Shown one piece after another: positions 27,549 through 36,743 of a DNA stretch of 64,000 nt. The position numbers were made by a program, and so were the translations under genes. This stretch comes from Thermodesulfobacteriota bacterium. Its GTDB lineage: Bacteria; Desulfobacterota; Binatia; Bin18. The stretch lies in contig OZ219926.1 in assembly GCA_964291405.2 (NCBI GenBank), forward strand, positions 3,808,001 to 3,872,000. The letters run 5' to 3'. The notes beneath the pieces are model-generated. The model saw only the letters and a list, made by a program, of their open reading frames with translations, searched no databases and was not told the origin of the DNA. Position 1 is the first letter of the stretch, and each line of letters opens with the position of its first letter.

Positions 27549-29849
27549 TCAGAATTTGACCCGTACCCCACCAAAGGCGCCGAACGGTTGCCCCGGCCCC
27601 ATAAAGCGTTCGACACCGGTCTCATCCACCGCATTTTCAAAATACGCGCCGTAGCTTTCGTATTCTTCGTCAAAAATATTTTCGAGACGCAGAAAGATAT
27701 CAAACACCTTATAGCTGTATTCAAGCGCGGCGTTGGCCACAAAATACGGGTCCAGACGACTGCGTTGGTTGGCCTCATCGCCCCGCAACCGCTGCCCATC
27801 CACATAGGCCCCGTCCAGGCTCAGCCGTAACTGAGAGCCGATGAAAAACTCGATACCGCCATTGACCCGATGCGGCGGAACCAGCGGCAGACGGTCTCCG
27901 TCACGGACCAGGGCGATGCGCTCTTCATTGGCGAACGTAAACAGCTCAATCTCATCATTAAATGTGGCATCCGTTACCGTGTAATTCAGAAACCAGTTGC
28001 CCCAACTCCACACACCGCGCAGCAGGAGTTCGATGCCCTGGCGACGAGTGGCATCCACGTTCTGAAAAAACCCCAACACGCGGCTCTCCGGTTCGTTACG
28101 AAACAGGATGTCGTCTTTAAGGTCCGTCCGAAAGAAAGCCAGGGTCGCGTCAATATAGGGCGGCAAGGCCCAGCGGACGCCCGTCTCCCAGGTCTTTCCC
28201 TTCACCGCATTCAGGGGCGGGTCATCCACAATCGCGGTCGGCACCGGGCAGGGCGCTTCGGGGTTGGCGCAGGTCAGCTCGATCGCGGTCGGCGCGCGAT
28301 AACTCTCACTATACCCGGCATACAGGCTCAGATGCTCGGTGAAGGTATAGGTCGCTCCGACTGCGGGATTAAACCGGTCAAAGGTATGGTTGCCGCTGGC
28401 GTCCGTTCCCGCCCCTTCGTCGTCATCATCGTCCTCAAGCCCGGCGAGGCGGTCCTTAATGCGGAGATAGGTGACCTCGTAGCGCCCGGACACGGTCACC
28501 GTCAGTTTATCAATCGGTTCGGCGCTGATAGTAAAAAACGGGCCGCCGGCGTGGGTTTCGGTTTTAACATTGGTCTCCACCTCAAATTCGTCCGCCTCGT
28601 CCTCTACCAGGGCCTGGAGCAGAGCCAGGTCGTCTTCCAACTCATCATCGCTGTCGTCATCGTCGTCGTGGTCGCCGTTGTCATCCCCATTATCATTGCC
28701 GTCGTCGTCATCGTCGTCCTCCCCCCGCTCGCCAATGAGGTGGTCAAGCCGGGCTCCGCTGTAATCGCCGCCAATCGTGATCGAGACCGGCCGCTCCCAT
28801 ACCGTCCCTTGGTAGGCCAACTGGAGTGCCCCTCCCCAACCCTTCTGATTCGTGCGAGCGTCGACGTCTTCTTCAACATCCACGTTAAACTGGTCCACAT
28901 CCAACAGGCGGCCGTACAGATTGGCCGACAGCGAGAAGCCACGGCCCAGGTCGCGTTGGTATTGGCTGTTGAGAAACCACAGGTCGGGTTTGAAAATATC
29001 GGGATGAGTGAACACCGCGGAGCGGTCACGCTTGAGACGGCTTTCGGGCAACGGGCCGTTGCCGGTCAACTTGTTGTTTACATGGGTCAGGGAGAGAGAG
29101 AAATCATCACGCGTCCCCCGATAGCCGACCTTGCCGAAGAGATGGCCGACATGGCTTTTTGAGAAATCCCGAAAGCCGTCTTCGAGAAAGAGATTGCCCG
29201 ACACAAAATAGTCGAACTTGCCGCGGCTGCCCCCATGTTGCAGCAAGGTCCGATAGCGGGCGAAACTCCCGCCCCAGACCTCTACGGTGGTCCCCGGATG
29301 GGTAAAGCCGCGCTTGGTTTGCATCACAATGGTCCCGCCGAGCGTGTTCCGACCATAGACCGGGTTTGAACCGGGGATGAGCTCCAGACGATCAATGGCA
29401 TCGGTGGGAATCAAATCCCAGTTGACCTGGTCGGCCAAGGGCTCGTTAATGCGCACGCCATCGACAAAAACGCTCAGCCCCGGCGGCGTCCCAATCAGAA
29501 AGGAGCTGGTAAAACCCCGATAGCTGACGTCGGGCTGGAAGGGGTTGTTCTGGACATGATTCAGGTTTACCCCGCCCAGGCTGCGGGACAGAGTGTCGGT
29601 CAGGTTGAGCGCGCCGCGTCTTGTGATCTGCTCGCTGGTGAGGGTCTGTACATTGGCCGGGACGTGCTCGCGCGCGACGGGAGAGCTCATCAACGGCGTC
29701 GTGCCGCGTACTTCAATGTCCGGTAGGGCGACGGGCGGCGAAGACTGGGCTAGAACCGGCGTGGTTAACGCAAGACTCAGCGCAGCACTGCCAAAAATGT
29801 GCAGCAAGACCAGACAAATCCTTTGGCTTCGCAATGAGTTATCCTCCAT
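27549..29849 (-). CDS. TonB-dependent outer-membrane receptor with acidic loop insertions
   Basis: Signal peptide; plug motifs VFVDGVRIN and IDRLELIPGSNPVYGRNTLGG; C-terminal ENIFDEEY...GGVRVKF. Start is 29849 (ATG) or 29834 (TTG after GGAGGA). Confidence 0.9.
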   Translation of the reverse strand: MEDNSLRSQRICLVLLHIFGSAALSLALTTPVLAQSSPPVALPDIEVRGTTPLMSSPVAREHVPANVQTLTSEQITRRGALNLTDTLSRSLGGVNLNHVQNNPFQPDVSYRGFTSSFLIGTPPGLSVFVDGVRINEPLADQVNWDLIPTDAIDRLELIPGSNPVYGRNTLGGTIVMQTKRGFTHPGTTVEVWGGSFARYRTLLQHGGSRGKFDYFVSGNLFLEDGFRDFSKSHVGHLFGKVGYRGTRDDFSLSLTHVNNKLTGNGPLPESRLKRDRSAVFTHPDIFKPDLWFLNSQYQRDLGRGFSLSANLYGRLLDVDQFNVDVEEDVDARTNQKGWGGALQLAYQGTVWERPVSITIGGDYSGARLDHLIGERGEDDDDDDGNDNGDDNGDHDDDDDSDDELEDDLALLQALVEDEADEFEVETNVKTETHAGGPFFTISAEPIDKLTVTVSGRYEVTYLRIKDRLAGLEDDDDDEGAGTDASGNHTFDRFNPAVGATYTFTEHLSLYAGYSESYRAPTAIELTCANPEAPCPVPTAIVDDPPLNAVKGKTWETGVRWALPPYIDATLAFFRTDLKDDILFRNEPESRVLGFFQNVDATRRQGIELLLRGVWSWGNWFLNYTVTDATFNDEIELFTFANEERIALVRDGDRLPLVPPHRVNGGIEFFIGSQLRLSLDGAYVDGQRLRGDEANQRSRLDPYFVANAALEYSYKVFDIFLRLENIFDEEYESYGAYFENAVDETGVERFMGPGQPFGAFGGVRVKF

Positions 29850-29896
29850 ATCATCAGAAAGACACCAGGATAGCCGAATCCCACGCAAGAGCGGTA

Positions 29897-29937
29897 TCCG
29901 GGAAAACCCTGAAAGGCGGACAGGAGGACCCTGAAAG
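29897..29937. promoter_or_regulatory. Two candidate NarL/LuxR-type operator sites upstream of the TonB receptor
   Basis: TCCGGGAAAACCCTGA (29897-29912) and ACAGGAGGACCCTGA (29920-29934); ACCCTGAAAG repeats at 22-bp spacing. Confidence 0.55.
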
Positions 29938-29946
29938 CGGGCGGGC

Positions 29947-30615
29947 TTAGTGGTCGGGTGCGACCAGACCGACTCGCACCGCATAGCGGACCAGGCCGGC
30001 AATATGGCGAATGCCGAGCCGGTCCATAAGCTGGCTGCGGTGGGTTTCGACGGTCTTGGTGCTGAGGTGCAGCAGGCTGGCAATCTGCTTGGTGGTATGG
30101 CCTTCGGCAATCAACTGGAGGATTTCACGCTGGCGGACGGTCAAAGGATTTGGCGCAGGTTCGGACATGTCCTCGGCCGGGTTGTTTACGCGCTGTAAAT
30201 AGCGGTCAACAACGTGTTTGGAGACAGCCGGACTGAGATAGGTTTCACCGCGGGATACGGCCTGCACGGCCAATTCGAGTTCGGTCGTCGCCGCGTCTTT
30301 GAGCAGATAGCCGGCTGCCCCCACCCGGAGCGCCTGGCTGACGTATTCTTCGTTTTTGTGCATGGACAGCATAATCACCTGGACCCCAGGGCAGGTTTTC
30401 GTGATCTGTGCGGTCGCGTCCAAGCCGTTGAGTCCCTGCATGGTCACATCCATGAAGGCGATATCCGGTTGGTGCTCTCGAACGAGACGGAGAGTGTCCC
30501 GGCCGTCATTGGCTTCGGCTACCACTTCGACGTTGGGAACCTGTTCGAGGAGGGACCGAATCCCGGCACGAACCAGGGTGTGGTCATCGGCCAGAAGAAT
30601 ACGAATGGGCTTCAC
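29947..30615 (-). CDS. NarL/FixJ-family response regulator (REC + LuxR HTH)
   Basis: ILLADDH, FMDVTM, GYLLK, LTVRQREILQLIAEG...KTVETHR. GTG start VKPIRI. Confidence 0.92.
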   Translation of the reverse strand: MKPIRILLADDHTLVRAGIRSLLEQVPNVEVVAEANDGRDTLRLVREHQPDIAFMDVTMQGLNGLDATAQITKTCPGVQVIMLSMHKNEEYVSQALRVGAAGYLLKDAATTELELAVQAVSRGETYLSPAVSKHVVDRYLQRVNNPAEDMSEPAPNPLTVRQREILQLIAEGHTTKQIASLLHLSTKTVETHRSQLMDRLGIRHIAGLVRYAVRVGLVAPDH

Positions 30616-30629
30616 AGTACGACTCCAGG

Positions 30630-31604
30630 TCAGAGAGGAAAGTGGGCGCGGACCTCGCTGCCCTCCTGCGGGATGGACACAATGTTCAGGCTGCCCCCGG
30701 CCAACTCGGCGCGCTCCTGCATGCTTAATATGCCGATACTGCACCCCTGGATAGCGGCTTCCCGCGCGTGCGTCACGTTGAAACCGACTCCGTCGTCCTG
30801 AATCGTGCAGTGCAGGCTATCAGCGTGGATACCGAGCTCAATCCTCACTTGGCGGGCACGGGCGTGTCGAGCAATATTCGTTAAGGCTTCCTGGACAACT
30901 CGAAAACACGCAGTGGCAATATCAGGCGGAATGTCGCGGTCCGCCACTCCATCGCTCTGAAAGGAGTGGGCAATCCCACTGCTCTGGGCGTGACGGTCCG
31001 CATACCACCGCAGCGTAGGGACAAGGCCGAGGTCGTCCAGCATGGATGGACGCAGGTCCAGCGCAACATCCCGCACCTTTTCCAAGGTCTGATCCGTCAG
31101 GGCAAGACTCTCCTGTAAGCGGGCATTGGTCTCGGCCTCTGGAACATTGTCCTGCACGAGCTGGAGATTCAGCTTGATCATGGTCAGGGTCTGACCGACT
31201 TCGTCGTGTAACTCACGGGCAATACGCTGCCGTTCCTCCTCCTGCGACGCCTGAACCGTGCGGGACATGGTTTTGAGCGCAGCCTCAGTCTGTTTCCGCT
31301 CGGCGATTTCCTCGGACAGCACGATATTTGTGGCTTCGAGTTCCTGGGTTCGCTCCTGCACCCGTTGTTGGAGTTCATCGCGCGCCGCCTGGAGTGCGGT
31401 GATGAGTCGCTGTCCATAGTAGCCGATGACGACGAATAAGCCCCACACCACCAGGCGCAAGCGCACCTCTTCGGGCTCGGAAGTAAAGACTTCGGCAAGG
31501 AAGTGACGCTGCTGCTCAAACAGCCACACGTCGACCGCTGCGTCACACAGCCAAAACACGGTCCCCAGGCCAATGCTCAGCCACAGCAGCCTGCGATCTT
31601 TCAT
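30630..31604 (-). CDS. Sensor histidine kinase (HisKA_3, NarX/UhpB-like) with two TM segments
   Basis: ERQRIARELHDEVGQ, QEALTNIARHA, IQDDGVGF, GILSMQERA. Confidence 0.92.
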   Translation of the reverse strand: MKDRRLLWLSIGLGTVFWLCDAAVDVWLFEQQRHFLAEVFTSEPEEVRLRLVVWGLFVVIGYYGQRLITALQAARDELQQRVQERTQELEATNIVLSEEIAERKQTEAALKTMSRTVQASQEEERQRIARELHDEVGQTLTMIKLNLQLVQDNVPEAETNARLQESLALTDQTLEKVRDVALDLRPSMLDDLGLVPTLRWYADRHAQSSGIAHSFQSDGVADRDIPPDIATACFRVVQEALTNIARHARARQVRIELGIHADSLHCTIQDDGVGFNVTHAREAAIQGCSIGILSMQERAELAGGSLNIVSIPQEGSEVRAHFPL

Positions 31605-31635
31605 GGACTGCCGGTCTTTATCACCGCCCCCGCAC

Positions 31636-31655
31636 GGGCCCCCAGGCGGGGGCCC
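31636..31655. terminator. GC-rich hairpin downstream of the amidohydrolase gene
   Basis: GGGCCCCC-AGGC-GGGGGCCC; no clear U-tract. Confidence 0.35.
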
Positions 31656-31662
31656 TCGGTGC

Positions 31663-32772
31663 TTATTCGATGCGATACACGCGCGCGGCGGTGTCGTGAA
31701 TCAGCTTCCGGCGGTCGGTCTCGGACAGCTCGCTGAAGGTCGATTGGATGAACTCCTGTGAGCGCGGCCAGATGGCGGCCGTGTGCGGATAGTCCGAAGA
31801 CCACATGGCATTGTCCGCCGCATAGCGGTGATAGCCATCGAGCAGGATAGGCTCCTCAATGAAGGTCGCATACACCTGCCGCTTCACATAGTCGCTCGGC
31901 TTCATGCTCAACTCGACCGAGGAGAGCGGGCCGATTCGCCGGTGGGCAAAATCCATCCGCCACATAAAATAGGGCATCCAGGCCACGTCGTTCTCGGCCG
32001 AAACAATGGTGAGCTTGGGAAAACGCTCCAGCACGCCGCCGAGGACAAACACGGCAATCGAGCGCTCCACTTCGTGATGCAGCGTAGAGACCTGGAGCGC
32101 CAGGTTATCGGCAAAGAAGTCAATACCCATGCCCTTTCGGCCGGTCAGGATATGTAAGGAAAGCGGCATATTGAGGTCCGAGGCGGCCGCCCAGAATGGA
32201 TCGTAGTCGGTGTGACTGTACGGGCGCTCATCCGGCGGCTCAGCCCAGATCATGGCTCCGCGCATGCCTTTTTTAGCGATGCGTTCGAGTTCCTGGGTAC
32301 CGGCCTCAATGTCTTCCAGTGTAATGAGTCCGAGCGGCAGGAGCCGCTTTGGATCATGGCTGCAGTAATCGACCGACCAGTCGTTATAGGCCCGAAAGCA
32401 GGCGTCCCGCAGCTCGATATTATCCAGGCCGTAGAGGGGCATGCCCATGGAGGTGTAGATCACCTCGGCTTCCAGACCGTCTCGCTCCTGGTCCTTAATG
32501 CGCGCGGCGGGGTCCCATACGCTGGCCGGAGCGGCCTCAAAGCCCTTCCTGTTGTGTGCCGGCAGCTCTTCCGAAGGAACGCCGGCACCAAAAAATCCGG
32601 CCACCGGTATCGGATTGATGTTCTCGCACACAAAGAACTCGCCCTCTTTTCCGTTGAGCCCATTTACCGTGTGCGGAGCCTTATCCCGGAATTTCTTATC
32701 CAGTCGTTCCGCCCACATATCGGGTGGTTCTACAAAGTGTGAATCTGCCGAAATCACTCCAGACTGCGCCAT
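31663..32772 (-). CDS. Amidohydrolase_2 family protein (paralog of 17627-18760)
   Basis: ISADSHFVEPPDMW, RIKDQERDG, YNDW, PLSLH, MWSSDYPH. Confidence 0.9.
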   Translation of the reverse strand: MAQSGVISADSHFVEPPDMWAERLDKKFRDKAPHTVNGLNGKEGEFFVCENINPIPVAGFFGAGVPSEELPAHNRKGFEAAPASVWDPAARIKDQERDGLEAEVIYTSMGMPLYGLDNIELRDACFRAYNDWSVDYCSHDPKRLLPLGLITLEDIEAGTQELERIAKKGMRGAMIWAEPPDERPYSHTDYDPFWAAASDLNMPLSLHILTGRKGMGIDFFADNLALQVSTLHHEVERSIAVFVLGGVLERFPKLTIVSAENDVAWMPYFMWRMDFAHRRIGPLSSVELSMKPSDYVKRQVYATFIEEPILLDGYHRYAADNAMWSSDYPHTAAIWPRSQEFIQSTFSELSETDRRKLIHDTAARVYRIE

Positions 32773-32905
32773 AGTGTCCCTCCTTGGCTGCCATGAATGT
32801 CTCCCGAAACGAACACGAACCAGACCTTCCGGTTACTCCGACTCCTTTCCCCTAGCACGCTTTGTGCGGTGGTCAAGAGGAACGGAATGGTCTATATGAA
32901 GCAGC

Positions 32906-34618
32906 ATGCAATACGATCTTCTTATTAAAAACGGTACGGTGGTTGATGGCTCCGGGCTGCCCCGATTTCAGGCTGACGTCGCCATCGCTGAGGGCAAAAT
33001 TGCCGCCATTGGCAAAATTCGTGAGAACGCCAGGGAAATCATCGATGCCGAGGGACACGTCGTTTCCCCCGGCTTTGTGGATGGCCATACCCATATGGAC
33101 GCCCAGGTGTTTTGGGACCCGCTGGGAACGTGTTCGTGCTGGCATGGTATTACCAGCGTGGTCATGGGCAACTGCGGCTTCTCGCTCGCTCCCTGTAGCG
33201 AAGAGGACAAACTGCTGGTGATGCGCAATCTGGAGCGCGCCGAAGACATTTCACCGGAAGCCATGGAAGCCGGTATCAAGTGGAGTTGGACCACCTATCC
33301 GGAATACCTGGATGCGGTCGAACGCCTGCCCAAAGGCATTAACTATTCGGCCTATATCGGCCATTCCGCGCTACGAACCTATGTCATGGGTGAGCGGGCT
33401 TTTAGCGAAGAAGCGACTCCCGACGATCTCGAATCCATGAAGCGAGAAGTCCGCAGCGCCATACAAGCGGGCGCCGCCGGCTTTACCACCTCACGCACGC
33501 GGAACCACCAGACGCCCGATGGCCAACCGGTTGCGAGTCGGCTCGCCACCTGGGACGAGGTTCGCCAACTGGTCGGCGTGCTCGGCGAGCTGAACTCCGG
33601 GGTGTTTGAGATTGCCGGCGAGGACACCGGACTCAACCCGGAACGGATTCAGGACTATTGTAACCGGCTCAAAGCCCTGGCGGTGGATACCGGTGTGCCA
33701 GTCACGTTCGGCATGTTCAGCGCGCCCAAGGCCCCGGACTATTGGCGCCCGTTTTTTGCGCTGGCCGACGAAACCGCCGAAGCCGGCGGGCGTATGTTTA
33801 TTCAGGTCCACAGCCGACCCATTAGCGTGTTGCAGTCGTTCGAGTCGGTCACCTCGTTTGACAAGCTGCCCGTCTGGCGCGACATCCGAAAACTGCCCCT
33901 GGCAGAACAGGAAGCGGCCTTGCGCAATCCCGACATGCGCCAGAAGCTGGTGCAGGCTGCCAATCAGCCGCCCCAAGAGGGGACCCGGGCGGTCGGTGCG
34001 GAGGCCCGCGCGGCGAATTTCAAATGGCTGTTCCCCATCATGGACAGGGCCGTCCCGCCGTATCGATCGGTGGCCGAGATTGCGGCCGAACGCAACCAGG
34101 ACCCGGTGGAGACCTATATCGAGCTCGCCCTGGAAAAGGGGCTGAAGCGTTTCTTCATGCAGCCACTGACCAACACCCATGAGCCCAGCACCTTGGAGAT
34201 GATGCAGCACCCCCGCTCGGTGATCACCTTCTCCGACTCGGGTGCCCATGTTTCCCAGATTATGGATTCTTCCCTGCAAACCCATCTGTTGAGTCACTGG
34301 GTGCGTGAGAGAGAAGCCCTGCCCCTGGAAGACGCGGTGCACCAACTCAGCTTCGTGCCAGCTTCCCACTGGAAGCTGGCCGGACGCGGTCTGCTGCGCG
34401 AGGGCTGGAACGCCGATGTCGTAATTTTCGATCCCCAGACGGTTGAGCCGCAGGTGCCCGAGCTAACCTATGACCTGCCTGCCGGCGCTCGACGGCTCAA
34501 ACAAAAAGCCAACGGTTTTCTGGCGACCATCGTCAATGGCGAAGTCGTCCTGCGAAACAACGAGCACACCGGCGCCCTGCCGGGGCAGTTATTACGCGGC
34601 CCATTAGCCAGTCAGTAA
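32906..34618 (+). CDS. N-acyl-D-amino-acid deacylase-like amidohydrolase (copy 2)
   Basis: 570 aa and collinear with 21641-23353; shares long identical stretches such as WDPLGTCSCWHGITSVVMGNCGFSLAPC and HPRSVITFSDSGAHVSQIMDSSLQTHLLSHWVRE. Confidence 0.88.
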   Translation: MQYDLLIKNGTVVDGSGLPRFQADVAIAEGKIAAIGKIRENAREIIDAEGHVVSPGFVDGHTHMDAQVFWDPLGTCSCWHGITSVVMGNCGFSLAPCSEEDKLLVMRNLERAEDISPEAMEAGIKWSWTTYPEYLDAVERLPKGINYSAYIGHSALRTYVMGERAFSEEATPDDLESMKREVRSAIQAGAAGFTTSRTRNHQTPDGQPVASRLATWDEVRQLVGVLGELNSGVFEIAGEDTGLNPERIQDYCNRLKALAVDTGVPVTFGMFSAPKAPDYWRPFFALADETAEAGGRMFIQVHSRPISVLQSFESVTSFDKLPVWRDIRKLPLAEQEAALRNPDMRQKLVQAANQPPQEGTRAVGAEARAANFKWLFPIMDRAVPPYRSVAEIAAERNQDPVETYIELALEKGLKRFFMQPLTNTHEPSTLEMMQHPRSVITFSDSGAHVSQIMDSSLQTHLLSHWVREREALPLEDAVHQLSFVPASHWKLAGRGLLREGWNADVVIFDPQTVEPQVPELTYDLPAGARRLKQKANGFLATIVNGEVVLRNNEHTGALPGQLLRGPLASQ

Positions 34619-34636
34619 AAAATACCCGCTCTGTTT

Positions 34637-34669
34637 CCCTCTCCCGCTGGGAGAGGGGTAGGGTGAGGG
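34637..34669. repeat. REP-like palindromic element
   Basis: CCCTCTCCC-GCT-GGGAGAGGG-GTA-GGGTGAGGG. Related hairpins at ~7336-7362, 26193-26215 and ~63785-63815. Confidence 0.7.
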
Positions 34670-34778
34670 TCTTCTCTTCGAGTCCAAACCGCTCGTAATC
34701 TCCCGCAACCGTGCTACCATTTGTCGTCCCCTTCCGGGAACCACCCGGAGATGGGCGAGACATTAAGGAGGGTTGCGC

Positions 34779-35612
34779 ATGGCTGAAGAGCGCACGGAAT
34801 GGACAGAGGACGATTCTCAACTCTACCGCGAACTGGCGGCGATTGCCGTGCCGGCCCGGGATGAGCAGGTTGCGACACTTTTGAGTCTGCTGCCCTTTCA
34901 GCAGCAGGACGCGTTCCGCGCGGTTGAGCTTGGCTGCGGGGAAGGGGCCTTGTCGTTTGCCGTGCTGGACTGCTTTCCAAACGCCTCGGTGCTGGCCCTG
35001 GATGGGTCAGAAAGCATGCGCCAGCAGGCAGGCCGTCACCTCCAGCGTTTTGGAGAGCGCGTTCGGATTGCAGACTTTGATATGGCCTCGCCGGACTGGC
35101 TCGATTCGCTGGATGAGAGCGACTGCGTCGTCTCCTCCCTGTGCGTGCACCATCTGAGCGGGCCGGAAAAACAGTGGCTGTTTACGGAAATCGGTAAACG
35201 GATTTCAGACCGCGGCGCGGTCCTGCTTGCCGATATCGTCAAACCGCAACGGTCGGAAGCCTGGGCATCCTTTGGCGAAGGTTGGGATCGGATTACGCAG
35301 TCGCTCTCAATCGAAAAGACGGGCTCCACCCGGCTCTTTGAGAAATTCACCCAGGAAAAGTGGAATTACTTCCACACCCCCGATCCCTACGATAAACCCT
35401 CGCCGCTGTTCGAGCAGTTGACGTGGTTCAAACAAGCCGGCTTCGCTGTGGCGGACTGTTTTTGGCTCCAATCCGGACACGCCATTTATGGCGGCTATAA
35501 ATCACCGGGGGATGCGGGACCACCGCCTGCGCCCGCCAGCGTGTCCTTCGCCGTTGCCCTGACATCCGCCCGGACGGCTTTACAGGCCATAGAACAGCGG
35601 GCCGGGGTGTAG
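34779..35612 (+). CDS. Class I SAM-dependent methyltransferase
   Basis: VELGCGEG, ALDGS, VSSLCVHHL. Confidence 0.88.
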   Translation: MAEERTEWTEDDSQLYRELAAIAVPARDEQVATLLSLLPFQQQDAFRAVELGCGEGALSFAVLDCFPNASVLALDGSESMRQQAGRHLQRFGERVRIADFDMASPDWLDSLDESDCVVSSLCVHHLSGPEKQWLFTEIGKRISDRGAVLLADIVKPQRSEAWASFGEGWDRITQSLSIEKTGSTRLFEKFTQEKWNYFHTPDPYDKPSPLFEQLTWFKQAGFAVADCFWLQSGHAIYGGYKSPGDAGPPPAPASVSFAVALTSARTALQAIEQRAGV

Positions 35613-35638
35613 GCGCTCTTGAAAGGAGGCTCGCCGGT

Positions 35639-36718
35639 ATGCGAGACATCAGCCGCCGGAAGTTCCTGAAGGAAGCGGGTACGGTTGTCGCTGGGGTAGC
35701 AGGCTTACAGGCCGCTGCCTCAACGCCGTCTGAAGCCGAGACGCCGGTCGGCCAGGCAGCTCAGGAAGGCCCAGCGCCGGGGTGGCGCTTCGGTATCCAG
35801 ATCGAGCCGCAGTTTGGCTTTACCTACGACGAAGTCGCCCAGATCGCAAAAGAGGCGGAACGGCTTGGTTTTTACGGCTTGTGGGCATCGGACCATCTTT
35901 TTTGGGACGCCAGGTCTGAGCAGCGCAACTGTTTGGAGGCCTGGACCCTGCTGACCGCGCTCGCTCCGGTGACGACCCGACTGAGGCTGGGAACGCTGGT
36001 CACGTGCAACTCGTATCGTCCGCCCAGCATCCTGGCAAAAATTGCGGCTAGCCTCGATCATCTCAGCAACGGCCGACTGGAGTTTGGCATCGGAGCCGGC
36101 TGGAAGGAGCTTGAGTATCGGGCCTACGGAATTCCCTTTCCCTCAATCGGTACGCGTCTGTCTCAGCTCGAAGAGGCGGTACAGGTGGTGCGCCTGTTGT
36201 GGACGCAGGAACGGGCCTCTTTTTCCGGCAAGCACTACCAGTTGCAGGAGGCGCTGTGCGCGCCCAAGCCCATGCAGCAACCGCCACGAATATGGATTGC
36301 CGGCGGCGGAGAGAAGGTCATGCTGCGCATCGTGGCCAAGTACGCCGACGGCTGGAACATCCTGCTTCGGTCTTCGGTAGAAACCGTGAAAAGAAAGACC
36401 GCTATCCTGCGCCGGCACTGTGACGCGCTCAAGCGGGATTTCTCAGCGATTGAGAAGTCGCTGTTTCTGGCGGTGGTGCTGGCTGAAGACGAGAAAGAAC
36501 TCAAACGGCGAGAGGCCGAGTCGGCCCAGGCATTGGGCGGTCGGGGATTGTGGGCGTCCCGAGAGCTGGGAACAGCCGGGACGCCGGAGCGCCTGGCGGA
36601 AACCCTGCGGGCGTTGCAGGCGCTGGGCTTTCACCATTTCCAGATGGTGTTTCCGTACAAGCAGGAACGGGAAATGCTCCAGCGCTTTGCCGAGCTGGTT
36701 GTTCCTCAGTTGAGCTAA
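35639..36718 (+). CDS. LLM-class, probably F420-dependent, oxidoreductase with twin-arginine signal peptide
   Basis: N-terminus MRDISRRKFLK; WASDHL, RLGTLVTCNSYRPPSILAK, SNGRLEFGIGAGW, IWIAGGGEK. Confidence 0.85.
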   Translation: MRDISRRKFLKEAGTVVAGVAGLQAAASTPSEAETPVGQAAQEGPAPGWRFGIQIEPQFGFTYDEVAQIAKEAERLGFYGLWASDHLFWDARSEQRNCLEAWTLLTALAPVTTRLRLGTLVTCNSYRPPSILAKIAASLDHLSNGRLEFGIGAGWKELEYRAYGIPFPSIGTRLSQLEEAVQVVRLLWTQERASFSGKHYQLQEALCAPKPMQQPPRIWIAGGGEKVMLRIVAKYADGWNILLRSSVETVKRKTAILRRHCDALKRDFSAIEKSLFLAVVLAEDEKELKRREAESAQALGGRGLWASRELGTAGTPERLAETLRALQALGFHHFQMVFPYKQEREMLQRFAELVVPQLS

Positions 36719-36743
36719 AATGGCACCCCTGCCTGGGCACTGC

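Noticed and set aside
27870-29162. Long antisense ORFs (also 661-1899, 4519-5652, 42299-43147, 57062-58162, 59287-60351)
   Set aside because: Shadow frames of well-supported genes in GC-rich DNA, with no recognisable motifs.
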